Source: Bdellovibrionales bacterium (lineage in GTDB: Bacteria; Bdellovibrionota; Bdellovibrionia; Bdellovibrionales; JAGQZY01). Taken from it: a stretch of DNA of 64,000 nucleotides. The stretch covers positions 512,001 to 576,000 of the forward strand of contig CAXRHT010000003.1 in assembly GCA_964230645.1 (NCBI GenBank), given 5' to 3'. Under the pieces are notes generated by a model. That model was not told the origin of the DNA, did not search any database, and saw only the letters and a program-made list of their open reading frames with translations. Both the position numbers and the translations under genes were made by a program. Positions 20,118 through 28,922 of the stretch are shown here, piece by piece (the stretch's first letter is position 1; each line of letters starts with the position of its first letter).

Positions 20118-21077
20118 ATGACATCTTTAATTAACAAAATATCGTTACTACTTTTTGTAGTCACAAGTACTCAGCAGAGCTTGGCACAAGAACGTTGGAT
20201 TGAACGTTGCAATGAAGCTAAAATTGCAACCGGAGTTTCCTACACTTTTAACGCCGAAGAGATCAAGGCTTTCCACAAATGGACTGCACGTTGTGCTCCT
20301 CGCTTCATCCCTCAACTTTCTGGAATTTTAGGGGTCGGATTTATGCAAGATGGGAAACCCGTCAAAAGAATAATTTATCCTGTTTTCGGTTTTGAAAAGT
20401 TTATCACTGATCCCAGCGTCTATTTTGGTGTTCGCGTGGAATATTCCAATCCTCGTAATTATGAAATTAATAAGGCAGATGTAGTGGCAAACCCCGATAC
20501 CGCGACCTGTGATATTCCTGAGGACTATAAAATCATTGGTTTTTGTGGAGCGGGTTGTTTTACGCCCAGTCAAAGACTTTGGTTTCCCGAAGGCGACATG
20601 GCAATCGGTGAAGCTGAATTAAGAGGACTCAATCAAGTGATGACTCTAGCTGAAGACTCAACCTTAGATAATGTCACCTACCAAGTTTCAGATATAACGG
20701 GTGCCGGTTATGTTCAAACCAAAAAGGCCCAAAAAGAAGCCGTTGTTACCCTCAAGACCGCTGAAAAGAGTCTTACCGTAACTTTAAACCACCCCATGAT
20801 CATGGCCGACGGATCGGTTCGAAAAGCCGAAGACGTTAAAGTGGGTGATCAACTTATCAATGTTGATGGTGAAAATGAGATGGTGGTGAACTTAGAGAGA
20901 GATGAGTTTTTTGAGAAAGTTTTAAATGTCGAAACAGCTCAAAAGGATTTGAAATCTCATATTCTCGTAGCCGAAGGCCTTTTGACCGGAGACTTTGTTA
21001 TCCAAACCTTGGAACTGCAGGATGCCAATCGTCATCTACTAAGAAGCAGTTCGTTTCCCGTTCAGCTTTTTCAATAA
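20118..21077 (+). CDS. Secreted Hint-domain autoprocessing protein, copy 1
   Basis: Signal peptide (SLA-Q); ~123-aa domain with 4 Cys. G146|C147 in CGAG|CFTP; block B SLTVTLNHPM; AEDVKVGDQL; ends VLNVET...HILVAEGLLTGD plus a 27-aa tail. Confidence 0.88.
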   Translation: MTSLINKISLLLFVVTSTQQSLAQERWIERCNEAKIATGVSYTFNAEEIKAFHKWTARCAPRFIPQLSGILGVGFMQDGKPVKRIIYPVFGFEKFITDPSVYFGVRVEYSNPRNYEINKADVVANPDTATCDIPEDYKIIGFCGAGCFTPSQRLWFPEGDMAIGEAELRGLNQVMTLAEDSTLDNVTYQVSDITGAGYVQTKKAQKEAVVTLKTAEKSLTVTLNHPMIMADGSVRKAEDVKVGDQLINVDGENEMVVNLERDEFFEKVLNVETAQKDLKSHILVAEGLLTGDFVIQTLELQDANRHLLRSSSFPVQLFQ

Positions 21078-21089
21078 AAGGAAGAAAAG

Positions 21090-21173
21090 ATGAGTTTATT
21101 ATTGGACGCCGAATCTAAATTAAAAATTAAAACGGAATTGAAATTTAACGAACAATCAAAGGAGAAAATATGA
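21090..21173 (+). other. 27-aa chimeric mini-ORF at the duplication junction (MSLLLDAESKLKIKTELKFNEQSKEKI)
   Basis: Its RBS and first 4 codons are identical to the subtilase start at 22142. Its TGA overlaps the ATG of Hint copy 2 (ATGA). Confidence 0.45.
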
Positions 21174-22129
21174 CATCGTTAATTAAAAAACTATCATTAC
21201 TTATTTGTGTAATCACTTCAGCACAGCAAAGTTTGGCTCAAGAGCTTTGGATTCAACGCTGTGATGAGGCTAAAATTGCGACTGGAGTTTCTTACACTTT
21301 CAATGCTGAAGAGACAAAAGCCATTCGTAAATGGACCGCTCGTTGTGCTCCTCGCTTTATTCATAAGCTTGCAGAAAATAGACATGTCGGGTTCATGCAA
21401 GATGGGAAACCAGTTAAAAGAATTGTCTATCCTGTTTTCGGTTTAGAAGAACTTGTTCCCGATCCCAGCGTCGATATTGGTGTTCGCGTAGAGTATTCTA
21501 ACCCCCGTAAATACGAAATTAAAAAGGCCGAGGTAGTGGCAAACCCCGATACCGCAGCTTGTGATATTCCTGAGGACTACACCATCATTGGTTTTTGTGG
21601 AGCGGGTTGTTTTACCCCTGGTCAAAGGCTTTGGTTTCCTGAGGGCGATATGGCGATCGGTGAGGCCGAACTAAGAGGGCTCAATCAAGTGATGACGCTA
21701 GCTGAGGATTCGACCTTAGATAATGTCAGCTACCAAGTTTCAGAAATAACGGGTGCCGGCTATGTGCAAACTAAAGAGCCCCAGAAAGAAGCCGTTGTCA
21801 CCCTTAAGACTGCTGACAAGAGTCTTACTGTCACTTTAAACCACCCCATGATTATGGCTGACGGATCGGTTCGAAAAGCTGAAGACGTGAAAGTGGGCGA
21901 TCAACTTATAAACGTTGATGGTGAAAATGAGACGGTGATCGGGTTGGACAGAGATGAGTTTTTTGGGAAAGTTTTAAATGTTGAAACAGCTCAAAAGAAT
22001 TTGCAATCTCATATTCTTGTCGCCGAGGGACTTTTGACTGGAGATTTTGCCATCCAGACTATGGAACTCCAGGATGCCAATCGTCATCTATTAAGAAGCA
22101 GTTTGTTTCCGGTTCAGCTTTTTCAATAA
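21170..22129 (+). CDS. Secreted Hint-domain autoprocessing protein, copy 2
   Basis: Same length (319 aa) and motifs as copy 1; AAGGAG RBS. Confidence 0.88.
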   Translation: MTSLIKKLSLLICVITSAQQSLAQELWIQRCDEAKIATGVSYTFNAEETKAIRKWTARCAPRFIHKLAENRHVGFMQDGKPVKRIVYPVFGLEELVPDPSVDIGVRVEYSNPRKYEIKKAEVVANPDTAACDIPEDYTIIGFCGAGCFTPGQRLWFPEGDMAIGEAELRGLNQVMTLAEDSTLDNVSYQVSEITGAGYVQTKEPQKEAVVTLKTADKSLTVTLNHPMIMADGSVRKAEDVKVGDQLINVDGENETVIGLDRDEFFGKVLNVETAQKNLQSHILVAEGLLTGDFAIQTMELQDANRHLLRSSLFPVQLFQ

Positions 22130-22141
22130 AAGGAAGAAAAG

Positions 22142-24445
22142 ATGAGTTTATTAAAGTTATTGATCCCTATTTTTAGTCTTACCTTGATCGGGTGCTCTCA
22201 GTCGGCAGATGCTGACTGGGGGGATCCTCAAGAAAACAGCGAAGTGATCGAAATTGAAGAAGATGTTAGTCCCGAATGGTTCACTGAAAACTTTCAAAGT
22301 TTTAAAGACCGTTGGCAAGACCTTCAATTTCAATCTGCTATTTGTGCTTTTGAGGAAAGCCTCGGACAAAACGCTTTTCACTGCGTTCAGCAAGCCTGTG
22401 AAAATGCAGGGGGTCACTTTAATTCACTCAATCAGACTTGCCAATGCCCGGCAAGCACTTCTGAGTTGTTAATTTTTACTGCGGTTCGAGGAGGGCATTG
22501 TCTCCCTCCACGCCCCAGTGATGATCAAGAAAAAGCAAACCTTCTCTACATTATCAGCGAGGGTCAGCTACAAAACTCTGAAGAATTCTTAAAAAATAAA
22601 AAAGACATCAACTCGGCTCAGGCCTCACCCTTCAAAAAGTTGCTGCTTGAAAATCATTTCCATATTGAATTGGCGGATGAAAAAACCTCTGTTGAAGCGC
22701 TTTTAGCCAATCTCGGCCCCGATCGAACCCCGGGAGGTAATGGAACCATACGACCGGAATTTTCCCGTAAGACTGTTTTCTGGCAAGGAGAGGTGGGGCC
22801 TTATATATCGAAATCAGCTTTTGAGGCTGAATCTCTATGGGCTCTGAAACCACCCATTGACAATATTCTTTCCCTGAATGAAGAGGGCTGTGCGGGCCAA
22901 TGTTATGTGGAACGGTGGAAGGAAACCTCCGAAGGATATCTCTTACTGCGTGAGCTATTTTTAGAGGGCCAAAGAATGAGTGCCAAGGTTTATTTCACTC
23001 CTCGAAAAAATCGTCACGCCTTTACTAAAATGGTACACCTTGATGACCGCGGTCAAGCCAACCTTATTTATAAAAAGAAACAGCGCAAATTTGAATCTGG
23101 GGCTTTTGAGTATCGGGTGGATATCTCGACCCGCAGTGGAGACGACCTCTATAAAGATGTTCTCATCTCTCCAGAAAAAGAGATTCTAGAAAGTCTGATG
23201 ACAAGGGTCGATTATCCATCTAACACACCCGCTGATGAACGCATGGTGAGCGTGTGTGAATGGGGTGTTAATCCCTATAGCTTCAGAAACGACTGGGAGC
23301 GCGTCGTGTTCGGTCCTTATACAAGTACTGATCAAAGTTTTAGAGGCAGTGTTTGGGGTTGGTATCCCAATGAGCACGAGGATGCGTTTATGCACACAAT
23401 GGCAGCCTATCCTCACTATGATTTGGGTTACGCCGATAGAATGGTCAGTATCGAAACACAGTTGCACCACCATCAGGTCATGAAGACTGTATTAAAAGCT
23501 TCAACTCAGGCAACAGTCACAGCTCAACATTATAAAGCTTGTTACAATAAAGACCCTCAAATAAACCCGCTCGCGAGCCCCGATTACCCCGGCCGAGTGG
23601 TGAATATCAGTGCGTTCAATCAGTTTTCTGGGAAAACCTGTAATGAAATGGTTGAGTTTGTAGAGAGCACACAGAGTCGTCTCCTTTGGGTCATCGCTTC
23701 AGGCAATGACTACCGCGAAAAATGTGAAGATCGCATTATGAAGCTTTCCAATGTTGTGGGTGTCACTGGGGTGGAGCCAAATAATCCCACCCGAATTCGT
23801 TCAGACTATGTGAAAGGAAGGGACAAGGTGGCCTTGGCCGTTATTCGATTCCCTAAACCTGGGGCGGGGACAAGTTTCGCAGCCCCCATCGTTGCCGCCT
23901 GGGCCGCTGATATTTTTCACAAATACCCTTGGATGTCGGTGGCTCAAGTAAGGCGAGCGCTGACTTTAGGTGTCGATTTCCACAAGTGGGATGTCATGTC
24001 TGGTGGTCTGACAACTCAAAACAAGGTCATGCGAGTAGCAGGTATGATCGATCAAGAACCCGAGATCACTGATGTCGATATACTAAAAGAACTTTATCGA
24101 CTTTCTGAAGCCTCTCTTCACAGACTCCGTCAGCAACATCGTGAGCTACAAATAGAGATTGATGACATTAATCGTGATCTCGAAGAACTAGCGGAGAGGT
24201 GGAATCAATTCAAAAAATGTCAAGAGGAGGACGCTGGTCCCTTAGAGAGATTTTGGGATTGGTGGGGTAAAGAGGATCCTTGCGAGGATGATCTCTGGCA
24301 AGAAAAGTGGGAACAGGTCAAAGTCGATTACAATCGCACAATTGAAGAGCGTAAAAATTTAAAAAGTGCTCAAGAGACTATTAATAATAATATTCGCGAT
24401 TTTTATAAATTTGATGAACATAAAAAATGGATCACTAAGGAGTAA
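22142..24445 (+). CDS. Lipoprotein with a divergent subtilisin-like (S8) protease domain and C-terminal coiled coil
   Basis: Lipobox LIGC; VVNISA, VIASGND (oxyanion Asn), NVVGVTGV and GTSFAAPIVAAWAA (catalytic Ser). The Asp and His motifs are atypical (VSVCEWGV, HHHQV). Confidence 0.75.
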   Translation: MSLLKLLIPIFSLTLIGCSQSADADWGDPQENSEVIEIEEDVSPEWFTENFQSFKDRWQDLQFQSAICAFEESLGQNAFHCVQQACENAGGHFNSLNQTCQCPASTSELLIFTAVRGGHCLPPRPSDDQEKANLLYIISEGQLQNSEEFLKNKKDINSAQASPFKKLLLENHFHIELADEKTSVEALLANLGPDRTPGGNGTIRPEFSRKTVFWQGEVGPYISKSAFEAESLWALKPPIDNILSLNEEGCAGQCYVERWKETSEGYLLLRELFLEGQRMSAKVYFTPRKNRHAFTKMVHLDDRGQANLIYKKKQRKFESGAFEYRVDISTRSGDDLYKDVLISPEKEILESLMTRVDYPSNTPADERMVSVCEWGVNPYSFRNDWERVVFGPYTSTDQSFRGSVWGWYPNEHEDAFMHTMAAYPHYDLGYADRMVSIETQLHHHQVMKTVLKASTQATVTAQHYKACYNKDPQINPLASPDYPGRVVNISAFNQFSGKTCNEMVEFVESTQSRLLWVIASGNDYREKCEDRIMKLSNVVGVTGVEPNNPTRIRSDYVKGRDKVALAVIRFPKPGAGTSFAAPIVAAWAADIFHKYPWMSVAQVRRALTLGVDFHKWDVMSGGLTTQNKVMRVAGMIDQEPEITDVDILKELYRLSEASLHRLRQQHRELQIEIDDINRDLEELAERWNQFKKCQEEDAGPLERFWDWWGKEDPCEDDLWQEKWEQVKVDYNRTIEERKNLKSAQETINNNIRDFYKFDEHKKWITKE

Positions 24446-24448
24446 CCA

Positions 24449-25120
24449 ATGAAGAAGGTATTAATTTCAGTTTTAAGTTTGGGTTTAATTTTTATTTTGT
24501 TTTACCAATTTCAAAAGGATCAGAAAGAAGTAAAAGCACAGCGAATTGAAAAACAGATCAAAAAACAGGTCGAGCAAAGTATTGAGAAACATCAAGAAAG
24601 TATCGATAAATTTAAAAAGAAAAAAAAGAAGCGCAAGGGAGTTAAGAGTTCAACTAAGACTCGGGATAAAAAGAGCTCTCTGAGTTTTCTCGAGAAATAT
24701 AAGAAATATGATCGCAAGGCTCTCCTCTCGGCTGAAGAGGTGGCTGCAAAAAAGGAAATGCTTAAAAATGAGTCCCATCTCAGGAAAAGTTACCTTTATC
24801 TTGTTCGTTTTCAATCAGGGGAATCAAAGCAAGAGCGTATCGAACGGTCTATGGATGTTGTGGATTTCTTACATGCAGCCATGGCGTGGGCTGAGAATCC
24901 CAATCGCGAAAGTGTTATTGAAAAAACACAATATTTTTTACTCAACGATACGTTGGATCATTTAAAAGATCAGGAACAGCTTCGCACAGCCGCCATGGAT
25001 AAAGCAGAACTCTATCTACTCTTGAGAAAAGCCGATCCGAGTCGAGCTCAACGAATTCGTGAGCAGGCCAGGGGAACACGCCTTGCTGCTGTTATTCAAT
25101 ACGCTGAAAACCATTTGTAA
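24449..25120 (+). CDS. Membrane-anchored helical hypothetical protein
   Basis: AAGGAG RBS, one N-terminal TM segment, Lys-rich linker and helical C-terminal domain. Confidence 0.75.
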   Translation: MKKVLISVLSLGLIFILFYQFQKDQKEVKAQRIEKQIKKQVEQSIEKHQESIDKFKKKKKKRKGVKSSTKTRDKKSSLSFLEKYKKYDRKALLSAEEVAAKKEMLKNESHLRKSYLYLVRFQSGESKQERIERSMDVVDFLHAAMAWAENPNRESVIEKTQYFLLNDTLDHLKDQEQLRTAAMDKAELYLLLRKADPSRAQRIREQARGTRLAAVIQYAENHL

Positions 25121-25134
25121 ATTAGGAGAATGAA

Positions 25135-28128
25135 ATGAAATATTTAAACAATATAATTGCTATACTTTTAATAGCGCCCCATGTGTGGGCCACAGAAATT
25201 CCTCATACCGCCAAGACGGACTTGAAGCTAGGGCGCGGATACAATTCCAGCACCCAGACCCAGGGTCAGTTTTGCTTAAAACCCGTTTTTGACATTGATG
25301 GCTCTTCAACAAGTTCCTTTAAACTTTTATCCTCAATTTCTCAAAGTCAGTTGGAAAAAGAATTGGGCTTTGGAGCCAGTGGTAAATATAAAACGGGAGT
25401 GACGGAAACCTCAGCCTCGGCGGACTTTTTAAAAACAACAAAAACAAACGGGTTCTCTGTTTCCTATAGCTTCCGTTCTAATTATGAATTTCCCCCAAGA
25501 GCATTGACCCAATACGAGTGGACGGAGGAGGCCAAAGCTCAACTACAAATTTTACCCAAAGAAGGGGGTATCATTGATAAAAGCCAAGATGCCAATTCCT
25601 GGACGGGAAAAGTATCTCCCTTAAATTTAAACGAGTGGTATAAAAAGTGTGGAGATGAAGTCATCACTTCTCAAAACTTGGGAGCTCGTTTTTACATCAA
25701 TGTTAAGGTGGTCTTTTCAAACCAGCAGGATTTCCAAAGTTTTAGCACCAATTTCAAATTCAACTCTCCCACAGTGGAAGCGGCTGCAAATTTTAAAGAC
25801 GAAATGAAGAAGATGTCTTCAAGAACCAATGTGACAGTCTCTGCCCTTCAAATTGGGGGACAGGTTGATAAAATCACTGGAATTTTCCAAGGCAAAGCCA
25901 AACCGCTTGTGAGTTGTTCCGGAGGTGCTTTGGATCAGTGCATGCAAGTTTTAGAGTCTGCTATCGAATACGCAACAGATACAACACCACTTTCTGAGGG
26001 AGGCGAGGGGTTTCCAGCCCAAATTGATCCTAATTTGCCAACGGGAACTTATGGAGGACCGGCTGTTTTATCCAGTGTCACTCAAAGATATGAAAACATC
26101 ACCAATTTACAAGAGCCCTCGGAAGCTCTCCAGAAATTGAGTCAAGAAAATGAAAGGCAGTTGAACCATCTTTTTGATCGTCTCTTTTCCGATTGGACTT
26201 ATGCCATGCAGATTCGGCAAACGGGGCTGCCACGACTCAACTTTGAACAAACCCAGAGACTCACAGCCATTGAGACCGAAGCTTATAATGACCTCATGGA
26301 AGTCACCGATGCGATTGAACGTTGCTACAACAATACCCGACGCTGTCCTGAGATATATAGCGAGATTGACCCCAGTGAGAGACAAGATATGGGGCGGATT
26401 TATAGTGAGCAATATCTTAAACATATTGATTACGAAGAGGCTTTGAAATTTGAAGCGGCCTCCTTCGCTGCTCTTTGTGACCAGTATCAAGGAAAGATGC
26501 TTTCAAGAAACTTAGAACACACCGTCGCCCAACTTATTGATGTGGCCAATCAGTGTGAAGTCAAAGATGACAATAAAGTCTGCCCTCTGGATGGGGCCGA
26601 AGATCTTTGTGGCAAAGCCCAAGAGGTTCTGATGGGGCTTGAGACATTGAGTCTTCGTGATCGCGACATCTCTGATCTGACTCCTTTCCAGTGGTTCAGC
26701 AATCTCTACTCTTTAGATCTTTCAGGTAATAATATTCGCTCTACGGATCTTGATTCTTTAAAAGGTCTTGAACGTCTTGAAAGACTAAACCTTGGGAGAA
26801 ACTTTCTTAAGGATCTAGGACCTCTTGCTGAAATGGATCAACTCGTAGAACTTCGGATCAATAAAAATCAACTTCGCGATATTTCAGAACTCGGAAATTT
26901 AGATCTGGAATTGCTGGATGCATCGAGCAATAGAGGAAGACTTGAATGTCCCTATACAGAGGAGGACCGTTGCTTACTCATCGACTACTCCCGTCAGACT
27001 TCTTTTGTCACAGCTCCCTCCGTCAATGCAGAAAAACGCATTCAAGGGGCTATGCTTGATATGAATCTCAATTACCTTCTACTCATTGGTGGAAAAGAAC
27101 GTAGTTTTCTGGAACTCATTGATAAAGCCAACCTTTCTCATACGCCACTTAATATGCGTGTGGATCAAAGAATGGGAGCCACTTTTCAGAGGGTCTCAGA
27201 CAATGAAGTTCTTATTTCGGGGGGACATAGTCTCGGATATAGTGTGAGTCGAGTCAAAATCAACTACCAAACAAAAGAGGCCATCGGAGAGTCTGTTTTT
27301 TCTAGCTCGGCTGTGCGTTACTCCCAAGAATCAATCGCTCTCGAAGACGGAAGAGTCTTGATTGCAGGAGGCTATGTAAAAAAGGATTTTGGGCCCACAT
27401 TGGTTGTGAGTGATGCTTTTATTTACGATCCTGCCACGAATAGCTTTGAACTTTTAGAGAGTGGAATGAAAGAGCCTCGGGCTAATCATGAAATGGTCAA
27501 AGCTCCTAGTGGTTTGATTTACATTTTTGGAGGCAAGACCTATACACCGGCCTCCGGAGAAAGACCTTCTAATAGCATTGAAGTTTTTGATCCGAAAACC
27601 AATCAATTTCGCTGGGCGAGTGAAAGAATGTACAGTCCACGCTCTGGACACACCGCAACTCTCCTTGATGAGGGCACAATTTTAATTGCAGGAGGTTTTA
27701 CTCAAACGGTGCCAAGTTCCCTGTCGCAAGATGTGAGTCCCGAGGACCAACGCAGTATCAAAGCTTCAAAAACAGCGGAACTCTTTTTTATTGATTCTGA
27801 ATCGGTGTTCGAACTCCCTCGTCCCATGATGAGCGGACGGGCCAATCACGAGGCGATTCGCCTTGAAAGTGGTCATATACTACTTGCTGGCGGACAGGTG
27901 AGTGCCGCCAGTTTTAGTAACCAAACTATTGGTTGTGGTGTTTGTGAGAATTCAGCTGAAATCTTTGATTATTCAAAGGAGTTATTTATAGATACCGGGA
28001 ATCTAATGTCTTTTCCACGGGTCCATTTCGTTCTCGCACCCTTGAGTGATAACAGAGTTTACATCAATGGAGGAGTGGGCGAGGGACCCGCCCTTTATAG
28101 CGAGATCTTTTCTTACCAAAACCTTTAG
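25135..28128 (+). CDS. Secreted MACPF-like domain + internalin-type LRRs + Kelch beta-propeller
   Basis: Signal peptide (VWA-T). LGRGYN, WYKKCGDEVITSQNLGARFYI and ALQIGG resemble MACPF core motifs. About 5 LRRs (LYSLDLSGNNI, LERLNLGRNFL) and about 6-7 Kelch blades (VLIAGG, IYIFGG, PRSGHTATLL). The MACPF call is weaker than the LRR and Kelch calls. Confidence 0.72.
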   Translation: MKYLNNIIAILLIAPHVWATEIPHTAKTDLKLGRGYNSSTQTQGQFCLKPVFDIDGSSTSSFKLLSSISQSQLEKELGFGASGKYKTGVTETSASADFLKTTKTNGFSVSYSFRSNYEFPPRALTQYEWTEEAKAQLQILPKEGGIIDKSQDANSWTGKVSPLNLNEWYKKCGDEVITSQNLGARFYINVKVVFSNQQDFQSFSTNFKFNSPTVEAAANFKDEMKKMSSRTNVTVSALQIGGQVDKITGIFQGKAKPLVSCSGGALDQCMQVLESAIEYATDTTPLSEGGEGFPAQIDPNLPTGTYGGPAVLSSVTQRYENITNLQEPSEALQKLSQENERQLNHLFDRLFSDWTYAMQIRQTGLPRLNFEQTQRLTAIETEAYNDLMEVTDAIERCYNNTRRCPEIYSEIDPSERQDMGRIYSEQYLKHIDYEEALKFEAASFAALCDQYQGKMLSRNLEHTVAQLIDVANQCEVKDDNKVCPLDGAEDLCGKAQEVLMGLETLSLRDRDISDLTPFQWFSNLYSLDLSGNNIRSTDLDSLKGLERLERLNLGRNFLKDLGPLAEMDQLVELRINKNQLRDISELGNLDLELLDASSNRGRLECPYTEEDRCLLIDYSRQTSFVTAPSVNAEKRIQGAMLDMNLNYLLLIGGKERSFLELIDKANLSHTPLNMRVDQRMGATFQRVSDNEVLISGGHSLGYSVSRVKINYQTKEAIGESVFSSSAVRYSQESIALEDGRVLIAGGYVKKDFGPTLVVSDAFIYDPATNSFELLESGMKEPRANHEMVKAPSGLIYIFGGKTYTPASGERPSNSIEVFDPKTNQFRWASERMYSPRSGHTATLLDEGTILIAGGFTQTVPSSLSQDVSPEDQRSIKASKTAELFFIDSESVFELPRPMMSGRANHEAIRLESGHILLAGGQVSAASFSNQTIGCGVCENSAEIFDYSKELFIDTGNLMSFPRVHFVLAPLSDNRVYINGGVGEGPALYSEIFSYQNL

Positions 28129-28155
28129 GTTTGTTTTTTGAATCCCTTCTTTTTT

Positions 28156-28183
28156 GCCCCCTTTCTACAAGGGGGCTTTTTTT
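28156..28183 (+). terminator. Intrinsic terminator closing the 19.6-28.1 kb operon
   Basis: GCCCCCTT-TCTAC-AAGGGGGC followed by TTTTTTT. Confidence 0.8.
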
Positions 28184-28922
28184 ATGCTAGAGACAAAATG
28201 GCTTTATAAATAAGGCGGCTGGCGGCAACAAAAAGAGCGATACTGAAAATCCAACGAAAGGTTCTTTCTTGAATGCGGTGAAGAATAAATATTCCTGATT
28301 TTGTTCCCAGAATTACGGCCACAATCATACAAAGAGTTAAAAGCCAGTGATCAACATAGTTAAAGCCAAGGTAGAGAAAAGCCGGCACTTTTAAAAGGTG
28401 GCCAATGGTTTGAATGGCGGCCTTGGTTCCAACAATTTGTTCTTTTCTCAAATCGTCTCTGAGTAAAAAGGGTGCGAGCAGGGGGCCTGACGCTCCTATA
28501 ATGGGATTGAGCACTCCCATTACAAAACCAAGAATTCCAAAAGACCAATAGGGGAGCATAAGAGTCGGGAGTTTTTTTGGCTTAAACAGAACGTAGAGAA
28601 TTAAAGCGGCAATGAGAAAATAAAAATACTCTCTTTGAGGAATGTTCTGGATAATTTGGGTGGCGACAAAAGTCCCTAAAACTAAACCCAATGTAGCAGG
28701 GATGAGAATTCTTGGCTCCACCTCTCGTCTGAGACTCAAAGACCTTGTGGAATTTGAGGCCAGTTGCACAAGCCCATGCACTGGAACGATGACCCGCAAA
28801 TCCAGAAAAAAAGTCATAAGACTTAAGAGGAGGATTCCACCGCCCATACCGATAACCGCTGAAATACCAGCTGTTAGAAAGGAGGCTATAAAAAGAAACA
28901 GATAAATTATCCAGGCCGACAC
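28182..28922 (-). CDS. TauE/SafE (TSUP) family membrane protein
   Basis: GISAVIGMGGGIL and IGASGPLLAPF motifs; multiple TM segments; GTG start. Confidence 0.85.
   Translation of the reverse strand: MSAWIIYLFLFIASFLTAGISAVIGMGGGILLLSLMTFFLDLRVIVPVHGLVQLASNSTRSLSLRREVEPRILIPATLGLVLGTFVATQIIQNIPQREYFYFLIAALILYVLFKPKKLPTLMLPYWSFGILGFVMGVLNPIIGASGPLLAPFLLRDDLRKEQIVGTKAAIQTIGHLLKVPAFLYLGFNYVDHWLLTLCMIVAVILGTKSGIFILHRIQERTFRWIFSIALFVAASRLIYKAILSLA

Larger units (their letters stand above)
20050..22153 (+). repeat. 1052-bp tandem duplication (about 20050-21101 and 21102-22153)
   Basis: The genes are offset by exactly 1052 bp. Both are followed by TAAAAGGAAGAAAAGATGAGTTTATTA, and the 68 bp upstream of each ATG align without gaps. 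Confidence 0.9.

Noticed and set aside
20556..21077. Hint domains as canonical inteins or polymorphic-toxin pretoxin Hints
   Set aside because: There is no terminal His-Asn plus nucleophile, no endonuclease, no interrupted host gene, and only a 27-aa tail rather than a C-terminal toxin.
20118..22129. Paralog pair as a diversity-generating retroelement TR/VR, or as an assembly artefact
   Set aside because: Both are full genes with many synonymous differences that are not adenine-specific, there is no reverse transcriptase in the window, and the divergence is too high for a mis-assembly.
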